Shown: positions 26,927 through 34,795 of the stretch, one piece after another
Numbering within the stretch: position 1 is the stretch's first letter
How the letters are laid out: every line of letters starts with the position of its first letter
Origin: a virus
IMG/VR virus record: IMGVR_UViG_3300045988_026640
DNA length: 40,639 nt
Reading direction: 5' to 3' (one strand)
Notes under the pieces: generated by a model
Told to the model about the DNA's origin: nothing
Database searches by the model: none
Seen by the model: only the letters and a program-made list of their open reading frames with translations
Program-made: the position numbers and the translations under genes

Positions 26927-29419
26927 ATGCCACAAACCGAAGCAGAGGGACGTTTGAACCTCTATGATGATGTTACTCCTTTGGAAAACACCAAGAACAT
27001 TAATGTTTTGACAAAGGCAATTCGCAAAAAAACAAGAGGGGCTGACGTTCGAGAAGCTATTGCCAAAGCCATCGAAACGACATATTCAGACGGCGCTACT
27101 AACGGAAATACTAACATGGAAGTTATTAAAGCCCGTGGGCTTTCTGGCAACCTTGATGACCGTCTCAGTACTATTGAGAATACACTTCTAGGAAAAGCCA
27201 GCGCTGATTTCGTTGAAAAGAAATTCAACAAGATTGAGTCCAACGCACCGAAAGCTGTTCTCGATTCGTTATCAGAAATCAGTAGCACCTATCCAAACGG
27301 TGCTAACGGTATCGTTGTAGCCAAGGACACCGGGAAGTGGTACTACTACGACGAAGGAGCTCGCTCTTGGAAAGAAGGGGGCGTTTACCAGTCTCGTGGC
27401 CTTGCCAGTAATGAAGTAACCGCTGATAACATTGACTTTGCGCAAGGCATCAAACAGCTACTCACAGACAAGATCACTGGAACTTATTGGCACAACGCAA
27501 ACGGAAAAATTATTTCAAATCCTAACGACACGATGGGACGATTTTTGCCGATAAATGTGCTTAAAGGGAAGACTTACTACATTGTCAATGTTCGTGGATA
27601 TTTCACACACATCACGGCCGTTGATGGTAGGTACATTAAGAATCTATCAACTGGAGATACATTAGTTACTACAGAATATACCGCCACAGAAGACGCTGTT
27701 TTATATGTTTCAGTGCGGAACGCCGACCCAGCGCCTAGAGTATTCAATGCGTCTGTCGCAGAATTAGCGGCGGCTAACGTTGATATGAATAATCTTCCAG
27801 ACGACTATATCTCGCTAAAAATCCCAAAATTGTCAGTCGATGTCAAAGCTACTGACCTTGATTTTGTCAAAGAGGTAAAACAGCTTATCGATGAGAATAC
27901 ACTAACCCGTGGATGGTACTACACGGGCAATGGCCAAAACAAAAGCGATTCGCCTAACTGGGGAATTTATCCGCCTTATTTTCTTGAGAAAGGCAAAACA
28001 TACGGTCTCAAGGGTGTTCGTGGGGTATTCTGTTACTTTTTCAGTATCGACAATCGTAAACTAAAGCAGTTTGCCACAAGAGACATGCTAATCAGTGAAG
28101 ATTTCACACCGTCTGAAAACGGCTATTTATTGATAACGCGTCAACTTACTGATCAACCTTCGAAACTCATTCAAGGTGGGCTTGGTGCAGCTTCTAAATT
28201 GCCGAACTTAAACTATGGAGCCACCGCCCTAACAAGTGATACACCTATCACTTTTCCAAAATTAAAAAATGATTACACAATCAAAAAGGCAGGTGGCGAT
28301 TTCAGTACACTTTCTGAAGCAATCAAAGTTTTGGGTGAGGGTGGCGCTGATAATCCTATCAATCTGTATATCCATTCTGGCGAGTATGACATCTTACAAG
28401 AGTTGGGTGGTGATGGTTTCCTTCGAACAGTCGAAAACACTAACAGCGAGCGTCAAGGAATTGAAGTGCCAGATTACGTCAACATTATCGGCGTCGGCGA
28501 TGTACGTCTTAAATTGGAGGTTCCAGACGACAAGACTACCAGAAACACATCAACACGTATTAGTGTTTTGAATGTTTGGCGTCACAATACGATTAAGAAC
28601 ATCAAGATCACTGTCCGAAATACCCGTTACGCCGTCCACGATGAAACGAATAATCAATTTGCTAACAACGATGTTAAGTATATTGATTGTTACTTCGAGC
28701 ACTTAGGGAACAAAGCTGGCGTTTGGAACTCAACACAAGCCTATGCTGCCGGCATGGGTAGTGGTGGTAATTACTACTTTGAAAACTGTACATTCAAGTC
28801 AGTAGCTATCCCGTTCTCAATGCACGATAATTTCAATGTTGAATCAAACCGTGTCAAGATTTCAAAATGTACCTTTATCACTGGCAATGAAGATGTTGCT
28901 ATCCGTTTCGGTTCTTACGGTACGGGTGCTAAGAAATCAGTTGTTACCATCGAGAACTGTAATATTGATAAGACGGTTAAATCATTCGAAGAACAAGGCA
29001 ATTCACGACATGGAAACCACTTTCTTATCTCTGGTGGTGGTAATACTGTAGTGCCTTACATCACCATCAACAGTGCCGGACGAAAAGAGCGCATTGAGTT
29101 TGCTGACGAAGTGAGGACGCTCAAGAATACCGGTCAAGCTAAAATCACAATCGGTACACCAGTCAAATTGGTTGGGAACACCGTCCAACCGTTGGGGGCA
29201 GAGGAACCTTATTTATTCTATGGTGTATCACTTGACGACATCGAGCCCGGGGCTACTGGTGTGATTAAATACGCTGGTTATCTTGCCAAAGAAGACACTG
29301 GTATCAACTCGCTTTTGGTTGGTCAACGCATTGGCTTGGTCGATGGGCGTTTGGCAGTGGTCAATTCTAACGATTTCATCGCATACGCAACCGATGGCGG
29401 TAATATTCTGTTGAAATAA
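26927..29419 (+). CDS. Receptor-binding / tail fibre protein with duplicated ~105-aa modules and a probable right-handed beta-helix
   Basis: The N-terminus (NMEVIKARG...LDDRLSTIEN) is typical of tail-fibre shoulders. Two paralogous modules cover residues ~165-268 and ~307-410. The C-terminal half has repeated N/H/C-rich rungs: YAVHDETNN, YFENCTF, SMHDNFN, ISKCTF and IENCNI. Confidence 0.65.
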   Translation: MPQTEAEGRLNLYDDVTPLENTKNINVLTKAIRKKTRGADVREAIAKAIETTYSDGATNGNTNMEVIKARGLSGNLDDRLSTIENTLLGKASADFVEKKFNKIESNAPKAVLDSLSEISSTYPNGANGIVVAKDTGKWYYYDEGARSWKEGGVYQSRGLASNEVTADNIDFAQGIKQLLTDKITGTYWHNANGKIISNPNDTMGRFLPINVLKGKTYYIVNVRGYFTHITAVDGRYIKNLSTGDTLVTTEYTATEDAVLYVSVRNADPAPRVFNASVAELAAANVDMNNLPDDYISLKIPKLSVDVKATDLDFVKEVKQLIDENTLTRGWYYTGNGQNKSDSPNWGIYPPYFLEKGKTYGLKGVRGVFCYFFSIDNRKLKQFATRDMLISEDFTPSENGYLLITRQLTDQPSKLIQGGLGAASKLPNLNYGATALTSDTPITFPKLKNDYTIKKAGGDFSTLSEAIKVLGEGGADNPINLYIHSGEYDILQELGGDGFLRTVENTNSERQGIEVPDYVNIIGVGDVRLKLEVPDDKTTRNTSTRISVLNVWRHNTIKNIKITVRNTRYAVHDETNNQFANNDVKYIDCYFEHLGNKAGVWNSTQAYAAGMGSGGNYYFENCTFKSVAIPFSMHDNFNVESNRVKISKCTFITGNEDVAIRFGSYGTGAKKSVVTIENCNIDKTVKSFEEQGNSRHGNHFLISGGGNTVVPYITINSAGRKERIEFADEVRTLKNTGQAKITIGTPVKLVGNTVQPLGAEEPYLFYGVSLDDIEPGATGVIKYAGYLAKEDTGINSLLVGQRIGLVDGRLAVVNSNDFIAYATDGGNILLK

Positions 29420-29461
29420 TTTTAAAAAATGGGGGTTAAATAAAATGTTAAGGAGTGTTGA

Positions 29462-29902
29462 ATGCACAAACCAGACGGAATCTTTGGCATCTTCCAAGTG
29501 GTCAAAGATTTCTACGACCACGGCATAGACGAACATCTATGGGTATTCCTACTTATGTTGGTTATCTTAGCTGACATTTTTTTGGGAGTATCCAGAGCTT
29601 GGGCTTTCCATGAGTTTTCGAGCTCAAAATTCAGAAAAGGGCTAGTCGGTCATATAGCAATGTTTACGTTTGTAGCCATATTTTACCCGTTCGCAATCTA
29701 CATGAATCTGGGTGGCGTCCTAGATACATTTATTTTTGCAATGATTGCGGCCTACGGCTCTAGTATTCTAGCTAACTTGTCAGCTCTAGGGGTAGAAATC
29801 CCTTACTTTGATAAATACATTAAGCAAAATATCGACAAAGAGAAATTTGATTTAACCTCAAAGATTGAGGAAGAAGAAAAAGGAGAAAATGAAAATGATT
29901 AA
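29462..29902 (+). CDS. Holin (three TM segments, charged C-terminus)
   Basis: TM helices LWVFLLMLVILADIFLGV, IAMFTFVAIFYPFAIY and FIFAMIAAYGSSILANL. The tail is acidic/basic. SD AAGGAG. Confidence 0.7.
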   Translation: MHKPDGIFGIFQVVKDFYDHGIDEHLWVFLLMLVILADIFLGVSRAWAFHEFSSSKFRKGLVGHIAMFTFVAIFYPFAIYMNLGGVLDTFIFAMIAAYGSSILANLSALGVEIPYFDKYIKQNIDKEKFDLTSKIEEEEKGENEND

Positions 29903-30125
29903 CTTTAAACTACGTTTGCAAAACAAAACAACTTTGGTAGCACTTATCTCAGCAGTATTCTTGATGTTGCAACAATTCGGACTTACAATCCCTAGCAATA
30001 TTCAAGAGGGCGTTAATACCCTCGTTGTGATCTTGGTAATCCTTGGAATTGTTACCGACCCAACCACTAAAGGCGTAGCTGACAGCGAGCAAGCTTTAAA
30101 CTACCACGCACCTCGTGAGGACTAG
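29889..30125 (+). CDS. Second holin (phi LC3-family-like, two TM segments)
   Basis: MKMINFKLRLQNKTTLVALISAVFLMLQQFGL...LVVILVILGIVTDPTTKG matches the phi-LC3-type holin pattern. ATG 29889 follows AAAGGAGAAA. The ORF track starts at 29865. Confidence 0.7.
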   Translation: MKMINFKLRLQNKTTLVALISAVFLMLQQFGLTIPSNIQEGVNTLVVILVILGIVTDPTTKGVADSEQALNYHAPRED

Positions 30126-30128
30126 CTT

Positions 30129-30581
30129 ATGGCTAGACTCATGACTTCCATCAACCAAATTAAAGGCGGTGATGTTCTCAAATCCGGGGACACCACTTCC
30201 GTATTTGGTTTTGAAATTCTAGGGTACGATGGAAAATGCATGGAATTGTCTGGGACTGGTAAGCTAACGCTGTCCAATGACGAAACGGTGGCACTCTATC
30301 AAGATGTTACCGTTGAAAACGGGACATTCTCATTCTCAATGGGTAACGTGGTAGCTACTGGCACTTACTACCTAGAGATTAAACTAGATGGGCATATTTT
30401 CCCATCTAATAATTTCAAAGTTAAAGTGAAGAGTTCACTAAATGCAGATCATACTATTCCATCAGACAAGAGCCCTAAATTAAAGTTACTAGCGGATGAA
30501 TTGCGAGAATCTGGCTTAATCAGTGGTGGCACTGATACCACGGAAGACCTCGTAAATGTCTATAATCTAGCTAAAATCTAA
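30129..30581 (+). CDS. Hypothetical protein (150 aa) between holins and lysin
   Basis: ORF with a beta-rich composition. Its C-terminal EDLVNVYNLAK motif is shared with the next ORF. Confidence 0.55.
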   Translation: MARLMTSINQIKGGDVLKSGDTTSVFGFEILGYDGKCMELSGTGKLTLSNDETVALYQDVTVENGTFSFSMGNVVATGTYYLEIKLDGHIFPSNNFKVKVKSSLNADHTIPSDKSPKLKLLADELRESGLISGGTDTTEDLVNVYNLAKI

Positions 30582-30595
30582 GAAAGGAAACATAT

Positions 30596-30910
30596 ATGAG
30601 TAAATTACATGATTTCGCCCAAGCCGTGGGTGCCGATATCAAAGAAATCAAGGCATCTATTGCTAGCAAGGTTACTGGTGTCAGCGAGGAACGCTTGACG
30701 CAAGCCATTACGCAAGCGAAGGCTGACATCATCGGCAATGCGCCAGAAGAACTCGACACGCTCAAGGAAATCGCTGATAAAATCACTGCAGCGGGTGGTA
30801 ACACTGACAGTGGCATCATTGCGAAAATGACCGAATTGGGAACTCGTATTGACACTATCGAGCAAGAAGACCTTGTGAGCGTCTATAATGCTGCAAAGAA
30901 CACTCTCTAA
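30596..30910 (+). CDS. Hypothetical protein (104 aa) with tail-fibre-like GNAPEELDTLKEIA motif
   Basis: SD AAAGGAAA. The N-terminus is paralogous to the next ORF. The C-terminal motif EDLVSVYNAAK is shared with the previous ORF. Confidence 0.55.
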   Translation: MSKLHDFAQAVGADIKEIKASIASKVTGVSEERLTQAITQAKADIIGNAPEELDTLKEIADKITAAGGNTDSGIIAKMTELGTRIDTIEQEDLVSVYNAAKNTL

Positions 30911-30924
30911 CAGGGGGGTGAATT

Positions 30925-31197
30925 ATGAGCAATTTAAGCAAGGCTATTGAAGCCATAGGGCGTGATATTGGTGAAATTAAAGGTAAACAATCTTCATCAT
31001 TGACTATCAATCAAGCGTATGGGTTATTTCCAACATATAATAACTTTTTTCTACAGGTTTTAGAACAAAACAAATTTGCGGCAGACCCGCTTGTAACAAA
31101 ATCTCAATTACCTACAAGTGACATTGATGATTTAAAACAGAAGGTTTCTGATTTGGAAAGAATGCTTACGGAGATTAAACAGAGCATTCAAAAATAA
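30925..31197 (+). CDS. Hypothetical protein (90 aa), coiled-coil C-terminus
   Basis: SD GGGGGGTG. The N-terminus MSNLSKAIEAIGRDIGEIKGK parallels MSKLHDFAQAVGADIKEIKAS of the previous ORF. Confidence 0.55.
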   Translation: MSNLSKAIEAIGRDIGEIKGKQSSSLTINQAYGLFPTYNNFFLQVLEQNKFAADPLVTKSQLPTSDIDDLKQKVSDLERMLTEIKQSIQK

Positions 31198-31214
31198 TTT
31201 AGGAAAGGAGAAAC

Positions 31215-32600
31215 ATGACATCAAAAGCACAATTATTAAACACACTTGAAAGCCTAGTCAATCAACGTGTAACCGTGCCCACTAACCCTTATGGCGGGCA
31301 ATGTGCAGCTTTGATTGACTACGTTTTACAGTATGCAGGTTTATTTAACCTTGATTTCAGCTACATGAATGCGATTGACGGATTAGATCGTGCTGAAAAC
31401 CTAGGACTTAAAGTCACACGCTTTAACGGCGCAAACAACCCACCAGTTGGAAGTGTTTGGGTGACTAACTGCTTGCCATACCATCAATTTGGGCATATCG
31501 GTTTTGTGGTTGCAGAAAATCCAGACGGGACAGTAGTCACAATCGAGCAGAATATTGACGGCAACGGGGACGCTCTATATAACGGCGGGTGGACACGTAA
31601 GGTTACTAGAAATCTTGATAGCGCTGGTAATTTTAGCTATATCGACTGGAATGCACCAAGTCAGCAAATGGTTGGATGGTTTGAATTGCCGTTTGATGGT
31701 ATGACCGAGAACGCCTATTTTATTGACGTATCAGCTTACCAACCGGGCGACCTAACTAGTATCTGTAATGCTAGTGGCACGAACAATACAGTTATTAAAG
31801 TGACCGAGGGTGTGGGTTGGGTTAGTCCAGTGGCTACTCAGCAAACCAACACAAGTAATTGTATTGGTTACTACCACTTTGCACGTTTCGGTGGAGATGT
31901 CGCAACGGCACAAGCTGAAGCGAATTACTTTATCAGTAACCTGCCATCTCACCCACGCTATTTAGTGTGTGATTATGAAGATGGCGCTAGTGGAGACAAG
32001 CAAGCTAACACTAATGCAGTATTGGCGTTCATGGATGTTTGTAAGTCAAACGGCTTTGAGCCCATCTACTACAGTTACAAGCCGTACACGTTTGCAAATG
32101 TATATGTAGATCAAATCACTGCACGCTATCCGAATAGCCTATGGATTGCGGCTTACCCAGATTACGAGGTACGCCCAGAACCTTATTGGGGTGTATATCC
32201 AAACATGGAGCACACACGCTGGTGGCAGTTTACATCAACCGGCTTAGCTGGCGGTTTGGATAAGAATGTCGTTATCATCAATGATGGTGATAGTTTAGTA
32301 AATCAGAAAGAGGAAGAAGAAAATATGGATTATGTATTGCGTAGCGAAAGTGGAAGTCAAGGATATCTTGGTGTAGTTAATGGCCGTGTATTTGGTATCG
32401 GTTCAATGGGAACAGTGGATGCTCTACGCTCAGCGGGTGCTAAACACTTGACTTTGCCAGACGATGATTTTGACCGTTTCTTGAATAGCCAATCAAACGA
32501 CACTGCGGCAGTCTCTAAAGCAATCAATGAAGCTAGTGCATCAGTCGTTAAAGCGATTGAAGAACGTGCGGCAGTCACACAAGGACAAACTGGTGTATAA
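31215..32600 (+). CDS. Endolysin: CHAP amidase/endopeptidase + GH25 muramidase + C-terminal (binding?) domain
   Basis: The CHAP domain carries Cys (GGQCAALIDY) and His (FGHIGFVV). The GH25 signatures are YFIDVSAYQ and VCDYEDG. SD AAAGGAGAAA. Confidence 0.9.
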   Translation: MTSKAQLLNTLESLVNQRVTVPTNPYGGQCAALIDYVLQYAGLFNLDFSYMNAIDGLDRAENLGLKVTRFNGANNPPVGSVWVTNCLPYHQFGHIGFVVAENPDGTVVTIEQNIDGNGDALYNGGWTRKVTRNLDSAGNFSYIDWNAPSQQMVGWFELPFDGMTENAYFIDVSAYQPGDLTSICNASGTNNTVIKVTEGVGWVSPVATQQTNTSNCIGYYHFARFGGDVATAQAEANYFISNLPSHPRYLVCDYEDGASGDKQANTNAVLAFMDVCKSNGFEPIYYSYKPYTFANVYVDQITARYPNSLWIAAYPDYEVRPEPYWGVYPNMEHTRWWQFTSTGLAGGLDKNVVIINDGDSLVNQKEEEENMDYVLRSESGSQGYLGVVNGRVFGIGSMGTVDALRSAGAKHLTLPDDDFDRFLNSQSNDTAAVSKAINEASASVVKAIEERAAVTQGQTGV

Positions 32601-32692
32601 TTAAATAAAAGAACCACGAAAACTATAAACTGAAAAGGAGTATATCACCTCCCGACAGACCACAGTTCGGACATCATGGTGGTAGTGGTCGA

Positions 32693-32721
32693 AGCCTCAG
32701 CATTGTGCTGGGGCTTTTTTT
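32693..32721 (+). terminator. Intrinsic terminator 1 after the lysin gene
   Basis: AGCCTCAGC pairs with GCTGGGGCT (9 bp, one G-T pair) around the loop ATTGT. T7 follows. Confidence 0.75.
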
Positions 32722-32767
32722 GTGTTATCATATACGTGGTTTTGAGAATATCCTTCATAGGTAGACG

Positions 32768-32795
32768 CCGCCCTTTTATGGGCGGTTTTTTATTT
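32768..32795 (+). terminator. Intrinsic terminator 2 after the lysin gene
   Basis: CCGCCC pairs with GGGCGG around a 6-nt loop. TTTTTTATTTT follows. Confidence 0.75.
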
Positions 32796-32827
32796 TGCAA
32801 AAAAACTAAATTTCTTTATCAAAAGTG

Positions 32828-32856
32828 TTGACAAACTATAGTATATGTACTATAAT
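32828..32856 (+). promoter_or_regulatory. Perfect-consensus sigma-70-type promoter of the moron cassette
   Basis: TTGACA (32828-32833), an exact 17-nt spacer, then TATAAT (32851-32856). It lies 30 nt upstream of the ORF at 32886. Confidence 0.7.
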
Positions 32857-32885
32857 ATATATAGAAAGTAAGAGAGGTAAAGAAA

Positions 32886-33137
32886 ATGAACACATACAAA
32901 GAACAACTTCAAGAATTGCAAGAATACGCTTTTAACGTCTTGAGAGAATACCCTCTCGACAAGACAGCTGCTAATGTAATTGCTGCCCTTGGCAATGCAA
33001 ACAATCAAGATCGCATTGAGTTTTTCAAGCTAAACAAAGACGAAGATGTTGTTAAAGTTTTTTACGGCTTGGCAGAAAGTGGAACGATTGAAAAATGGCT
33101 TGAAACATACGATTTCTTATATTATGTCAACAGATAA
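32886..33137 (+). CDS. Small acidic cytoplasmic protein (83 aa), moron gene 1
   Basis: SD AGAGAGGTAA. I counted 14 acidic and 9 basic residues. No signal peptide or TM segment. It has its own promoter and flanking terminators. Confidence 0.65.
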   Translation: MNTYKEQLQELQEYAFNVLREYPLDKTAANVIAALGNANNQDRIEFFKLNKDEDVVKVFYGLAESGTIEKWLETYDFLYYVNR

Positions 33138-33148
33138 AGGAATAGATA

Positions 33149-33325
33149 ATGGACGCACAAACAAAAGCAACTAAAAAATGGAACGAGCAGAACCGAGAAC
33201 ACAGAAATTATCTGTCAAAACGCTCATCAGCTCGTAGCTTTATCAGAAACCACGCTTCTAGCTCGGATTTGAAAGAGCTGGAAGAATTAATCACAGAAAG
33301 AAGGAACAGGCTCATGACTGAATGA
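33149..33325 (+). CDS. Small basic protein (58 aa), moron gene 2 (below the ORF-track cut-off)
   Basis: Read manually as MDAQTKATKKWNEQNREHRNYLSKRSSARSFIRNHASSSDLKELEELITERRNRLMTE. I counted 13 basic and 9 acidic residues. It starts 11 nt after gene 1, with AAAGGAATAG upstream. Confidence 0.5.
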   Translation: MDAQTKATKKWNEQNREHRNYLSKRSSARSFIRNHASSSDLKELEELITERRNRLMTE

Positions 33326-33336
33326 GAACGATAAAA

Positions 33337-33360
33337 GACTAGGGTTATCCTAGCCTTTTT
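33337..33360 (+). terminator. Weak intrinsic terminator after the moron cassette
   Basis: GACTAGG pairs with CCTAGCC (7 bp with one mismatch) around a 5-nt loop. T5 follows. Confidence 0.4.
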
Positions 33361-33619
33361 GTGTCTCATAGATATAACATTAGACATTTAATCTAAGTAA
33401 AGGTACACTATAGATAGTCATTTTTATTTGTTTCTAGTCGTTTGGTTTTATTCTGTTATCAAACGACTTTTTTGTCCACCTTTCTGTCCACCTTTTTCAA
33501 AAAACTACGAAAATAAATAAAAATAAAAACTATAAAAACCTAGCAAAATCAAGTCTTTATAGTTTTCATTTATTCTTATATTCTATATCTTTTCGTTGGC
33601 AGGGGACATTTTTAAGCCT
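33361..33619. other. attP region (non-coding, AT-rich, downstream of int)
   Basis: A 259-bp gap between the moron and the integrase 3' end. It contains TGTCCAC direct repeats and an 11-bp perfect inverted repeat (33526-33536 / 33556-33566). The core cannot be defined without attB. Confidence 0.5.
33436..33475 (+). terminator. Second hairpin + T-run downstream of the moron cassette
   Basis: AGTCGTTT (33436-33443) pairs with AAACGACT (33461-33468) around a 17-nt loop. T6 follows. Confidence 0.45.
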
Positions 33620-34699
33620 TTAACCATGCGGTTTTAAAGCGTTTTGTCCACATTCTGTCCACATTTGTTTTATCTTTTCATCGTTTCTTGATTTCTGCTC
33701 TTGTAATTGATGGGCGTAGACTTCCAGTGTGATGTTTAGATTTTCATGCCCTAAAACTTGAGACACAGAAATCAAATCGATATCGTGGGCTATTAAATAG
33801 CTAGCGTAAGTGTGCCTTAATGAGTGGACACGTACTTCACGCCCAATGATTTTACGCAAGGTCTTGTTAACTGCGTTGTTGGATAGTGAAGGTAGTAGTC
33901 TACCGTCCTCGGTAGGTGGTAGTTGGTCAATAAAATTTATAAAGTCATCATCAAGTGGTATCTCTCGGATACTGCTTTTTGTTTTTGTGGGCAAGAACCC
34001 AGTATTATTTTTATAGTCCCACGTCTTATTGACTGATAACATGCCAGTTTCTCGGTTGATATCGTCCACTGTCAGCCCTAAACACTCAGCGAAACGGATG
34101 CCAGTTTTAGCTATGATATAAAGTGCTGCATAAGACGCATACTCTGGACGCTTGCTTGCCTCGTAGATCAATCGTTCGTATTCCTCAACCTCTAGGAATT
34201 TCGTTTCAATATCCCTACCTTTATTCTTTGCATTGATTTTAGCAAACTTGCAAAAGTTGCGCTTGATATATCCCTCATGTACTGCCATTTCAACGCATGA
34301 TTTGACATGCACGTTGAAACGCTCAACAGTATCTTGTGCGTGAGTTTTAGCATAGCTATTCAGCACCCGTTGGTATTGTGTGGCAGTGACAGATTTTAGT
34401 TTCTTGTCACCAAAGAATAATTCTATCTTGCGTTGGGTGTTGATGTATGCCTTGTAAGTTATCTTGGAAACGGTGGGTTTCTTATAAACTTCACACCACT
34501 GTTTGAAATAGGCGTAAAGAGTAATATCTTCATCTACATTCAAGCCGTCTTGTATTTTCAGCTCCATCTCAGCAGCAGCCTTGATAGCTTCGGATTTAGT
34601 CCTAAAGCCACCCTTTGACTTTGGTTTGCGTTTGCCAGCCGAATCGTAGTAATTTATCCGATACTCCCAACCGTTTTCTCGTTTACGATATGATGCCAT
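33620..34699 (-). CDS. int: Tyrosine site-specific integrase
   Basis: Box I is TGIRFAECLGL. Box II is HSLRHTYASYLI...LGHENLNITLEVYAH, which gives the R-H-R-Y catalytic set. The N-terminus is an arm-binding/SAM-like domain. Confidence 0.93.
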   Translation of the reverse strand: MASYRKRENGWEYRINYYDSAGKRKPKSKGGFRTKSEAIKAAAEMELKIQDGLNVDEDITLYAYFKQWCEVYKKPTVSKITYKAYINTQRKIELFFGDKKLKSVTATQYQRVLNSYAKTHAQDTVERFNVHVKSCVEMAVHEGYIKRNFCKFAKINAKNKGRDIETKFLEVEEYERLIYEASKRPEYASYAALYIIAKTGIRFAECLGLTVDDINRETGMLSVNKTWDYKNNTGFLPTKTKSSIREIPLDDDFINFIDQLPPTEDGRLLPSLSNNAVNKTLRKIIGREVRVHSLRHTYASYLIAHDIDLISVSQVLGHENLNITLEVYAHQLQEQKSRNDEKIKQMWTECGQNALKPHG

Positions 34700-34772
34700 T
34701 GTTTAGTCCTCTATTATGGTATAATAAAAGGGTGGTGGTATTTATCTCACACACTCCCTTGATATAGTTTGG

Positions 34773-34795
34773 CCAGTCGAAAGACTGGTTTTTTT
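34773..34795 (+). terminator. Plus-strand-oriented hairpin + T7 between int and the upstream membrane-protein gene
   Basis: CCAGTC-GAAA-GACTGG followed by TTTTTTT on the + strand, although both neighbouring genes are on the - strand. On the - strand the hairpin lacks a U-tail. Confidence 0.45.

Noticed and set aside
32675-32833. 52-codon hydrophobic ORF (MVVVVEASALCWGFFCVIIY...) in the lysin-moron intergenic region
   Set aside because: It has no SD, and the ORF runs straight through two intrinsic terminator hairpins and into the -35 box. Its hydrophobicity comes from the T-runs.
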